From positions 1-43,772 of the IMG/VR virus record IMGVR_UViG_3300024284_000009: a DNA stretch of 43,772 bases; one strand, 5' to 3'. The notes below the pieces were generated by a model that did not search any database, was not told the DNA's origin, and saw nothing but the letters and a program-made list of their open reading frames with translations. Source of the stretch: a virus. Taxonomy: Duplodnaviria > Caudoviricetes. Below, piece by piece: positions 9,105 through 15,837 of the stretch (the stretch's first letter is position 1; each line of letters starts with the position of its first letter). A program made the translations under genes and the position numbers.

Positions 9105-10166
9105 ATGGATGCAGGCAACGCACACACCTCCTCCGCGTGGTCTCATAGGGCATACGGATCCATCACAGATCCCATACACAAGTCGCACCTAGAGGTGCTC
9201 AACGGCCCTTATGGGTGCTCTAAGAAGTTCTGGTACAAGCGCACACACACCGCGATCCGTGAGGTAACCGGGGGGCGCGCAGCGCTGGGGACCGCTACGC
9301 ATGAGGTGTTGCGCGTAGCGCTCACCAGCACGCGCAGCGGAGCGCGGAGCTGGGAGTCTGAGATCCGCGAGGCGTTGGCTGAGCTGGGCCCGATCGAGTG
9401 GTATGACGATGACCCCGAGCGGCTCATCGTGGATCGCGCGGCGATGGTGCGGGGCGTACTCGCGGAGCTCTCCACGTGGGTGCTCCGCGTGATCGCGGTG
9501 GAGGCGGCGTTCATCGCTCCGTGCGATCGGTACTGGCTGAGTGGACACATCGATCTCATCTATGAGCCGCTCGCGAGCCCTGGAACGATCGCCATGGCGG
9601 ACTGGAAAACAGGGGCTCAAAAGCCCGCTCAGGTGGAGCTGGATCACGGCTGGGAGGCTGGGATTTATAGCGCAGCGCTGCGTGATGGATATTTTGTGGA
9701 GGGGCGTGGGCGAGCGCGCGAAGTGATCGAGCGGGAGCTCATCGAGCACGCGATCGCGGGGGGCGGAGTGACGCCCACGCACGGGGTGTTCCCGTCGCAG
9801 ATCCACCAGGTCCAGTTGACGGACTATGTCCCGTATCAGCGCGCGGGCTCGCGCTGGGTGTGTCGCCCCGAGGATCTCAAGGTGTTCGGTTATCCCGAGC
9901 CGATCGATCACTACTATCGCAAGGGGGATCGCCGCGGCGGGGCGTGGATGCCTGTGGCGCTGCGGGAAACGGATCTCACGCGGCTGGTGTCGAGGCTGCG
10001 CGCCACCGTGGGCCCGGTGCGGATGGGGGCGTTCCCCGATCGCATCACGGAGCTATGCGCGCGGTGTGCGTATCGGGGACCGTGTTTGACGGGGGGCTAT
10101 GAGTTTCGAGGGACGGACGATCAGACAGCGTTGAGAGCGCTCGCGGAGCTGGGAGACACACTATGA
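9105..10166 (+). CDS. PD-(D/E)XK exonuclease (RecB/AddB-like)
   Basis: GCSKKFWY, ALGTATHEVL, VEAAF, GHIDLI, ADWKTG, C-terminal CARCAYRGPC; start moved from 8904 to MDAGNAH. Confidence 0.85.
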   Translation: MDAGNAHTSSAWSHRAYGSITDPIHKSHLEVLNGPYGCSKKFWYKRTHTAIREVTGGRAALGTATHEVLRVALTSTRSGARSWESEIREALAELGPIEWYDDDPERLIVDRAAMVRGVLAELSTWVLRVIAVEAAFIAPCDRYWLSGHIDLIYEPLASPGTIAMADWKTGAQKPAQVELDHGWEAGIYSAALRDGYFVEGRGRAREVIERELIEHAIAGGGVTPTHGVFPSQIHQVQLTDYVPYQRAGSRWVCRPEDLKVFGYPEPIDHYYRKGDRRGGAWMPVALRETDLTRLVSRLRATVGPVRMGAFPDRITELCARCAYRGPCLTGGYEFRGTDDQTALRALAELGDTL

Positions 10167-10954
10167 GCGGCGATCAGTTGGCAGTGGTGGACGGGGCGAG
10201 CGGGGGGCTGGATGAGCTGTTAGAGGCGTTCCCCGATGCACCCGATGGATACTCACACGCGGTGGGCGGGGACAAAATCCGCATCCCCCGCAAGATATTC
10301 AACACACCAGGGCTCGATGCCAAGGGGGAAAAGATCCCCCCTAACGTCTATTACGACACGGTGAGCGAACAGTTCACGCCCACCGTGACGGCGGTGTTAG
10401 TCGACACTCGGGGCTCCCGTGCATGGACTGAGTTTCTGGAGGGTGAGGACCGTACTCAGGTCATCTGTAAGTCTAACGATGGGATCCACGGTACGCTTAC
10501 AGACACGGGTGAGGTGCGCGCGTGTGACGGGTGTCCCGATCGTGTGTGGTACACCACCCCTAAGGGGAAACGCGGGGTGCATTGTCACGATGTATACGAG
10601 GTGTTCGGGGTGGACCTGGACACCTACACGCCGTTTATTGTCACGTTCAAACGCACCAGCGAACCCGCGTGGATCTCGCACCTCAACAAACATCACATTC
10701 TCAAACGCAAGGCCACCCGCACCCGCCCCGTGGGCAACCAGCCGCTGTTTAGTTACAAGGTGAAGTTAGCGCTCAAGCTGTCGGATAACGGCAAATACGC
10801 TACCCCCGTGCTGGATGTGGTGGGGGTGATGCAGGTGGAGGAGGCAAAGCGTTGCCTCGATGTGATCACGGCCCTCCGCGAGGCGATGCACGCGGGGCGG
10901 GTGGTGGAGACTGAGGACACTTCGTTTGACCCTAACGAGTTCCAGGCCACCTAA
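10163..10954 (+). CDS. Cys-rich protein, candidate ssDNA-binding/annealing partner of the exonuclease
   Basis: CKSNDG...CDGCP...HC motif, acidic tail EDTSFDPNEF, ATGA-coupled to the nuclease; function inferred from context. Confidence 0.55.
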   Translation: MSGDQLAVVDGASGGLDELLEAFPDAPDGYSHAVGGDKIRIPRKIFNTPGLDAKGEKIPPNVYYDTVSEQFTPTVTAVLVDTRGSRAWTEFLEGEDRTQVICKSNDGIHGTLTDTGEVRACDGCPDRVWYTTPKGKRGVHCHDVYEVFGVDLDTYTPFIVTFKRTSEPAWISHLNKHHILKRKATRTRPVGNQPLFSYKVKLALKLSDNGKYATPVLDVVGVMQVEEAKRCLDVITALREAMHAGRVVETEDTSFDPNEFQAT

Positions 10955-10955
10955 C

Positions 10956-11180
10956 ATGAGCACCCCACGCGTGGTGAGTATGGCAGTGATGGGAGCGCGC
11001 GGAACCACCATCATCCGCATCAAGGTGACGGGCTATGAGGGGGATACGTTTTTCGCCCAGGGCTACGGGGTGGACGATCGGATCGCCGCGTTCTCACTCG
11101 GGGTGTTGAGCGAACTACTCATCCGTCGCACGGGCTCCGATGAGCCGATCGCCGCCGCACGAAAGGCGTTAGGCATATGA
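10956..11180 (+). CDS. hypothetical protein
   Basis: Start MSTPRV one nt after the upstream stop; ATGA overlap downstream. Confidence 0.6.
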   Translation: MSTPRVVSMAVMGARGTTIIRIKVTGYEGDTFFAQGYGVDDRIAAFSLGVLSELLIRRTGSDEPIAAARKALGI

Positions 11181-12082
11181 CCACCCCGACCACCCCGACC
11201 ACCCCCAGCACCATCGAGGGGGAGCTCACCAGGTGGATCGCCCACGGGGTCCATGGGTGGGGCGTGGGCGTGCTGCGAGCGGCGGCGGGCCCCGATGCGG
11301 CGATCGTGGGGCTATTGCCTGGGGCTCGCCCTGGTGATCACGTGGTGGCCCAGGGCGCGTGGGAGGAACACCCGCGCTATGGAATCCAGTTCACGGTGGC
11401 GCGTGCGGAGCTCAGCGCGCCCACCTCGATGGATGGAGCGTGCGCGTGGCTGGTCCACACCCTACCGGGGGTGGGCCCGTCCCGCGCGCGCGCACTGTTA
11501 GAGCACTTCGGAGGAGCGGCGGGGCTGTGGGCGGTGTTCGATGCGGACACCGCCCACGCCGTGGCGCGGCTGAGCGAGGTGATCGGGATGACCCCGATGC
11601 GCGCCCAGCTGATGGTGGAGGCATATCGAGGCGTGAGGGCTAGCAGGGAGGATCAAGTGATGATGACAGGCTGGGGGATGACTCCCCATCAGATCGCGAG
11701 GTGCGCGGAACAGCGAGTCACCGCGGAGGACATCCGCGCGGATCCGTATGTGTTGCTGCGCGAAGTTCCGGGGTTTGGTTGGCATCGCGCGGATCTCATC
11801 GCTCGCCGCAGCGGGATCCCCGCGGATGCTCCCACGCGCATCGATGCGGGGATCGCCCATGCGATCGAGGTGCACCACTCGGAGGGCCACACCTGGATGC
11901 GCGCGGGGCTGTTCCAGCTTGCGGTGGAGGCTCTGTTAGGGGTGGATCGTGAGCTGGTGTTTGCGGGGCTCACGCGCGCGATGGATCGCGGGCTGTTAGT
12001 GCGACGTGGGCCGTGTGTGTATTCGCGGCGGAGTGATCGATGTGAACACCTACTAGCGGAGGCGATTCGTGAGCGCGTCTAG
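11177..12082 (+). CDS. RecD2 N-terminal module (OB-fold + HhH) as a separate gene
   Basis: GAWEEHPRYGIQF, LPGVGPSRA, DPYVLLREVPGFGWHRADLIA, RIDAGI...EGHT are RecD2 N-terminal motifs. Confidence 0.82.
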   Translation: MTTPTTPTTPSTIEGELTRWIAHGVHGWGVGVLRAAAGPDAAIVGLLPGARPGDHVVAQGAWEEHPRYGIQFTVARAELSAPTSMDGACAWLVHTLPGVGPSRARALLEHFGGAAGLWAVFDADTAHAVARLSEVIGMTPMRAQLMVEAYRGVRASREDQVMMTGWGMTPHQIARCAEQRVTAEDIRADPYVLLREVPGFGWHRADLIARRSGIPADAPTRIDAGIAHAIEVHHSEGHTWMRAGLFQLAVEALLGVDRELVFAGLTRAMDRGLLVRRGPCVYSRRSDRCEHLLAEAIRERV

Positions 12083-13208
12083 TCCGACCCCCACCACCAC
12101 CCCCATCCTCGATCCGTCGCAAGCCGCCGCAGTGGAGGCGATGCTCACCCGTAACTTGCTGGTGGTCACTGGTCCCCCAGGGAGCGGCAAAACAACCACC
12201 GTCCGCACCGCGCTCGCCGCGCTCCCACCGGGGGCGGAGGTGTTGCTCGCCGCGCCCACCGGCAAGGCTGCGCGGAGGCTCGCCCAGGCCACCGATCGCC
12301 CCGCCACCACCATCCACCGCATGCTGGGCTACCGTGGCCCAGGGGCGTGGGCGTACACGCGGGAGAATCCCATCCGCGCGGATCTGGTGGTCATCGATGA
12401 GTCCTCGATGCTCGACTATGAGCTGGCCCTCGCGGTGCTGTACGCGTGCCGTTTGACGCGGCTGGTGCTGGTGGGGGATGCGGACCAGTTGCCGCCCATC
12501 GGGCTCGGGGCTTTCTTTCGGGATCTCATCGCGAGCGGGGTTGCCCCCGTGGCAAGGCTCGCCACCCAGCACCGCGCAGCGGCGGGGAGCTGGGTGGTAC
12601 GCAACGCTCCCCGAGTGCTCGCGGGGGAGGCGTTAGAGCTCACCGCGGACACGTGGCATGAGTGCGACTCCGCCGCGGAGGTGACGGAGCGGGTGGTGGG
12701 GCTCACCGCCGCCGCCCCCGCCCAGGTGATCGCCCCCATGCACTCGGGGGCTTGCGGGATCACGGAGCTCAACGCGAGGCTCGCGGGCTCGCGGATGATC
12801 GAGGTGGGACACCGTGTCATACAGACGCGCAATAACTACGATCTGGATGTGATGAACGGGGAGATCGGCGAGGTGGTGGAGCTGGGCGCGGACGGGGCGG
12901 CGGCGGTGCGCTGGCTCGATCTAGACCGCAGCACCCACCACTCACCCCGCGAGGCTCGGGACCTAGAGCACGCGTATGCGCTCACGGCCCACCGTGTCCA
13001 GGGGTCAGAATACGATCGCGTGCTGGTGGTGGTGCATTCGTCACACGTTCACATGCTCGATCGGACGATCCTGTACACCGCGATCACCCGCGCGAAACAG
13101 GGGTGTGTGCTGGTGGGCGATGCCAAGGGGCTCCGATACGCGCTCAAGTCCATGGGCTCGCCGCGGCTCACGGGGCTCGCTGCGCGGCTCAGCGAGGCGA
13201 TCGCATGA
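12069..13208 (+). CDS. RecD2-like SF1B helicase core
   Basis: TGPPGSGKTT, APTGKAA, TIHRML, IDESSM, VGDADQLPPIG, NGEIG, AYALTAHRVQGSEY, YTAITRAK. Confidence 0.9.
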   Translation: MSASSPTPTTTPILDPSQAAAVEAMLTRNLLVVTGPPGSGKTTTVRTALAALPPGAEVLLAAPTGKAARRLAQATDRPATTIHRMLGYRGPGAWAYTRENPIRADLVVIDESSMLDYELALAVLYACRLTRLVLVGDADQLPPIGLGAFFRDLIASGVAPVARLATQHRAAAGSWVVRNAPRVLAGEALELTADTWHECDSAAEVTERVVGLTAAAPAQVIAPMHSGACGITELNARLAGSRMIEVGHRVIQTRNNYDLDVMNGEIGEVVELGADGAAAVRWLDLDRSTHHSPREARDLEHAYALTAHRVQGSEYDRVLVVVHSSHVHMLDRTILYTAITRAKQGCVLVGDAKGLRYALKSMGSPRLTGLAARLSEAIA

Positions 13209-13501
13209 CCGCCCACCACCGCACCCCCGAGCCCGCCCACCCGACCGCCGCCGCCGCCCCGGTAGCGATCACCATACGCAACTGCGAGGCGGCAACGGGG
13301 ATGACTTGGGCGGCGGCCAAACGGTTTGCACGCGCGCGCGGGGTGCCGATCGCGCGGGTGCACCATCGATGTGATGCGATCGATGGGGCGGCGTTCGCGG
13401 CTGCACTGCGGGCGGCGGCGGGGGAGACACGCAGCACCCCCCGCCCCGTGGTGCGCGATGAGTACGATCAGATCCTGGTGGACTGCGGAGTGCTGCGGTG
13501 A
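13205..13501 (+). CDS. small DNA-binding protein, possible excisionase-like winged HTH
   Basis: ITIRNCEAATGMTWAAAKRFARARGVPIARVHHRCDAID; ATGA overlap at 13205. Confidence 0.45.
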   Translation: MTAHHRTPEPAHPTAAAAPVAITIRNCEAATGMTWAAAKRFARARGVPIARVHHRCDAIDGAAFAAALRAAAGETRSTPRPVVRDEYDQILVDCGVLR

Positions 13502-13716
13502 CTCGCGTGACGGTGCTCGCGGCGATGTCCGCGCGCGGGGAGCTCACCCAGGTCCGCGCGGACTGCGAGTGTTTCGAGCGGCGAAGGGTGATCGCGGAGC
13601 TGGTGGGGTGGCTGTATCCCAGCGTGTTAGACGCGGAGATCCGCGAGATCCGCCGCATGGCCACGACGCCCCATATTCGTTTGACAAAAGTAACGCGCCG
13701 TGATATCCTAAAGTAG
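13498..13716 (+). CDS. hypothetical protein
   Basis: 72-aa ORF with GTGA overlap; 3' end runs through promoter repeat A. Confidence 0.45.
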   Translation: MTRVTVLAAMSARGELTQVRADCECFERRRVIAELVGWLYPSVLDAEIREIRRMATTPHIRLTKVTRRDILK

Positions 13717-13733
13717 CCCTGGGCACTGGGCCC
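13678..13733 (+). promoter_or_regulatory. repeat promoter A + leader GCCCTGGGCACTGGGCCC
   Basis: TTGACA(13681)-17-TATCCT(13704), 6 nt, leader 13716-13733, then GGAGGAG and ATG 13748. Confidence 0.8.
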
Positions 13734-13747
13734 GAACGGAGGAGCCG

Positions 13748-14086
13748 ATGAGGTTAGTGGTGGTTGAGTCACCCTATGCGGGTGATGTAGTCAGAAACAC
13801 ACGCTACTTGCGAGCGTGCTTGAGGGACTGCCTAGACCGCGGCGAGGCTCCGTTTGCCTCACACGCGATCTATACGCTCCCTGGTGTGCTCGATGACTTG
13901 ATCCCCGAGCAACGCGAGCGGGGGATCGCCGCGGGGTTTGCGTGGCGAGCACACGCGGCGGTGGTGTGCTTCTACACGGATCTCGGGTGGTCCCCTGGGA
14001 TGGTGGCGGCTCAGCTCACCGCCCAGCGGGACGGGCTCACCTGTGAGGTTCGCAGACTGGGCGCGGACTGGGGATGCACGCCCTAA
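13748..14086 (+). CDS. DUF4406-like / nucleoside deoxyribosyltransferase-fold protein
   Basis: VVVESPYAGD, GEAPFASH, LDD...ERGI, DLGWSPGM; strong RBS. Confidence 0.75.
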   Translation: MRLVVVESPYAGDVVRNTRYLRACLRDCLDRGEAPFASHAIYTLPGVLDDLIPEQRERGIAAGFAWRAHAAVVCFYTDLGWSPGMVAAQLTAQRDGLTCEVRRLGADWGCTP

Positions 14087-14138
14087 CGGTGGTGGAGTTT
14101 CGTTTGACAAAACTCCCGCACCGTGACATGCTTAGATA
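14087..14138 (+). promoter_or_regulatory. repeat promoter B inside a 14-9-14 palindrome
   Basis: CGGTGGTGGAGTTT-CGTTTGACA-AAACTCCCGCACCG; TTGACA(14104)-17-CATGCT(14127). Confidence 0.75.
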
Positions 14139-14233
14139 GCCCTGGGCACTGGGCCCAGCCCGCCCCGACACTGCGCACACGCACCACCAGCGCCAAAACG
14201 CACACGGGCGGTGGGGTCCACACCCACCGCCCG
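14139..14233 (+). ncRNA. candidate small RNA B
   Basis: Begins 6 nt after the -10 with the shared leader; no RBS or plausible ORF; ends in an 11-bp hairpin 14205-14233. Confidence 0.4.
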
Positions 14234-14258
14234 CCCACCCCGCCCCCCGCCCCGCCGC

Positions 14259-14660
14259 TCACCTCCCGCCGCCGCGCTCCCACGCCATGCGGAGGAGCTC
14301 ACTCATCGAGGTGTTAGCAGCCTCCGCCGCAGCCTTGAGCCGGTCGTAATCCTCGGGGCTGAACCGTACCCCCACCACCCGCTCCGCCGCCGCTGCGGAG
14401 AGCCTGGGGCGCCCCTTCGCTTTGGGCGCGAGGCGGCGAGCGCACACCGGACACGTGGGGGCGGTGTCGAGCACCTCATCGCACAATGACCCCTCGCTCA
14501 CCCGCCCGCACATCGCAGTGTCGCCGCCGTCCGCGCTCGCGTGGGTGAGGAGCGGTCCGCTCCCGATGTGGGTTTGTCCCCGCCCCCGCGCTGCGTACGC
14601 ACCCGCTAGGACTCCGTGTACTGTTACCGTGGGCTTGGTTGCTGTTGCCGTGTTGCTCAT
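14259..14660 (-). CDS. Zn-finger + ribbon-helix-helix DNA-binding protein
   Basis: H...C...CPVC, then KGRPR and VVGVRFSPEDYDRLKAAAEAANTSMSELLR (RHH pattern). Confidence 0.75.
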   Translation of the reverse strand: MSNTATATKPTVTVHGVLAGAYAARGRGQTHIGSGPLLTHASADGGDTAMCGRVSEGSLCDEVLDTAPTCPVCARRLAPKAKGRPRLSAAAAERVVGVRFSPEDYDRLKAAAEAANTSMSELLRMAWERGGGR

Positions 14661-14712
14661 GTACTTAGACTGTCACGGTGCGTTAGTTTCGTCAAACAAA
14701 AATAACGCACCA
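14661..14712 (-). promoter_or_regulatory. repeat promoter C (leaderless) inside a 14-9-14 palindrome
   Basis: TGGTGCGTTATTTT-TGTTTGACG-AAACTAACGCACCG; TTGACG-17-CAGTCT-6 nt-ATG. Confidence 0.75.
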
Positions 14713-14961
14713 TCACGGCACCACCACCGCGAACGTGTAACCGTTGCCCCCGCCGATGAGCTGTACGTCCGATCCCGCCACCAGCTCCACCGCAAGAGCG
14801 CGCGCGGCGATCTCATGCTCGGGGAACTTGGGGAGCTGGCCATTCTGCGTGGGCGCGCACACGTGGAGCCTCTTGCGCCCATCGGAGCATCGAGCCTCGA
14901 TTACGTGCTGGGTTTGGCGATTGAGGTAGTTCCGCGTGCGGATGAGGAGCGTGTTAGCCAT
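14713..14961 (-). CDS. hypothetical protein
   Basis: 82-aa ORF bounded exactly by repeat promoters D and C. Confidence 0.7.
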   Translation of the reverse strand: MANTLLIRTRNYLNRQTQHVIEARCSDGRKRLHVCAPTQNGQLPKFPEHEIAARALAVELVAGSDVQLIGGGNGYTFAVVVP

Positions 14962-15065
14962 GTGTTTAGACTAGCCCGGTGCGTGCGTTTCGTCAAACGA
15001 ATAAATCGACACCCGATGCGCTCATTTATGTTTGACGAAACTCAGGCTCACGCTAAGATATAGAC
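14962..15065. promoter_or_regulatory. back-to-back repeat promoters D (-) and E (+), both leaderless
   Basis: D: TTGACG-17-TAGTCT-6 nt-ATG 14961; E: TTGACG(15032)-16-TAAGAT(15054)-6 nt-ATG 15066. Confidence 0.8.
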
Positions 15066-15365
15066 ATGAGCAACGCAGTAAACAACGAGCTAACGAACTT
15101 CGCCGCCGCCATCCGCATCGCCGCCGCCGCCCCCGCGACCGCAAAGTTCCACGGTGAGCTGGCGTTCATCGGCTCAATCAAGCGCGAGTGGTTCCCCCGC
15201 ACGGACCGCGCCACGTTCGACGCGATGCTCATCGCCGCCATGCAGGAGGGGCTCCTCCGCCTCAGCCGTGCGGACCTGGTGGGTGCGATGGATCAAGCCC
15301 TGGTGGCTGCGAGCGAGGTGCGTTTCATGTCCGCGGAGTTCCACTTTGTGGTGCTCGGGGCGTGA
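15066..15365 (+). CDS. hypothetical protein (possible winged-helix fold)
   Basis: 99-aa ORF with its own promoter and terminator; FDAMLIAAMQEGLLRLSRADL. Confidence 0.7.
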   Translation: MSNAVNNELTNFAAAIRIAAAAPATAKFHGELAFIGSIKREWFPRTDRATFDAMLIAAMQEGLLRLSRADLVGAMDQALVAASEVRFMSAEFHFVVLGA

Positions 15366-15371
15366 GCGGGG

Positions 15372-15405
15372 GACGGGGTGGGCCACGCCGCCCCGTCGCA
15401 TTTTT
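15372..15405 (+). terminator. intrinsic terminator
   Basis: GACGGGGTGG/CCGCCCCGTC stem followed by GCATTTTT. Confidence 0.55.
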
Positions 15406-15441
15406 GTTTGACGAAAGTCAGAACGCTGTTAGAGTAAAGAC
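15405..15441 (+). promoter_or_regulatory. repeat promoter F (leaderless)
   Basis: TTGACG(15408)-16-TAGAGT(15430)-6 nt-ATG 15442. Confidence 0.75.
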
Positions 15442-15672
15442 ATGGACGGAGCGAACAACAGAGCGCGATACGAGGTGACGCTGCGGGGGATCGGCTGGGG
15501 CGAGGCGGTGGATCAAGAGGCGATCCACGCACACGTGCTCCCGTCCACCTACACAGGGACGGTGCGGGCCACCTCGGAGGAGCACGCGATCGATATCGTG
15601 ATGAACGCGCTCACACGTAACACGGGGTACGCGATCACGGAGTGTGTGGGGGCATACGCACGCAAGCGGTGA
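15442..15672 (+). CDS. hypothetical protein
   Basis: 76-aa ORF directly behind promoter F. Confidence 0.7.
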   Translation: MDGANNRARYEVTLRGIGWGEAVDQEAIHAHVLPSTYTGTVRATSEEHAIDIVMNALTRNTGYAITECVGAYARKR

Positions 15673-15687
15673 GCCTGGGCGGCGAGC

Positions 15688-15783
15688 CCCCAAACGACTA
15701 CACCCACCCCGCCGCGAGGCTGAGGTGGGTGTAGTCGTTTGGGGTGGGGCTGGGCCCACTGAGCTGGGCCCAGTGCCCAGGGC
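15688..15783 (-). ncRNA. candidate small RNA G with a 21-bp perfect hairpin
   Basis: Starts with the shared leader 6 nt after the -10 of promoter G; stem CCCCAAACGACTACACCCACC 15688-15708 pairs with 15724-15744. Confidence 0.45.
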
Positions 15784-15835
15784 TACTTAAGTTTGTCACG
15801 GTGCGTGAGTTTTGTCAAACGAAACTCACGCACCG
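15784..15835 (-). promoter_or_regulatory. repeat promoter G inside a perfect 14-9-14 palindrome
   Basis: CGGTGCGTGAGTTT-CGTTTGACA-AAACTCACGCACCG; TTGACA-17-CAAACT. Confidence 0.75.
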
Positions 15836-15837
15836 GG

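Noticed and set aside
9105-10166. Cas4 / CRISPR adaptation gene
   Set aside because: The Cys cluster and PD-(D/E)XK motifs are shared with RecB/AddB-like phage exonucleases, and the context is a recombination operon with no cas1, cas2 or array
14180-14193. 14-nt match CGCACCACCAGCGC between candidate RNA B and the sheath gene (33642-33655), antisense to its mRNA
   Set aside because: GC-rich low-complexity word in mid-CDS; plausible by chance and RNA G shows no comparable target
14123-14317. 64-aa ORF crossing repeat B
   Set aside because: Its start lies inside the promoter spacer upstream of the predicted +1, it has no RBS and a low-complexity product, and a similar pseudo-ORF arises at repeat G simply from the repeat sequence
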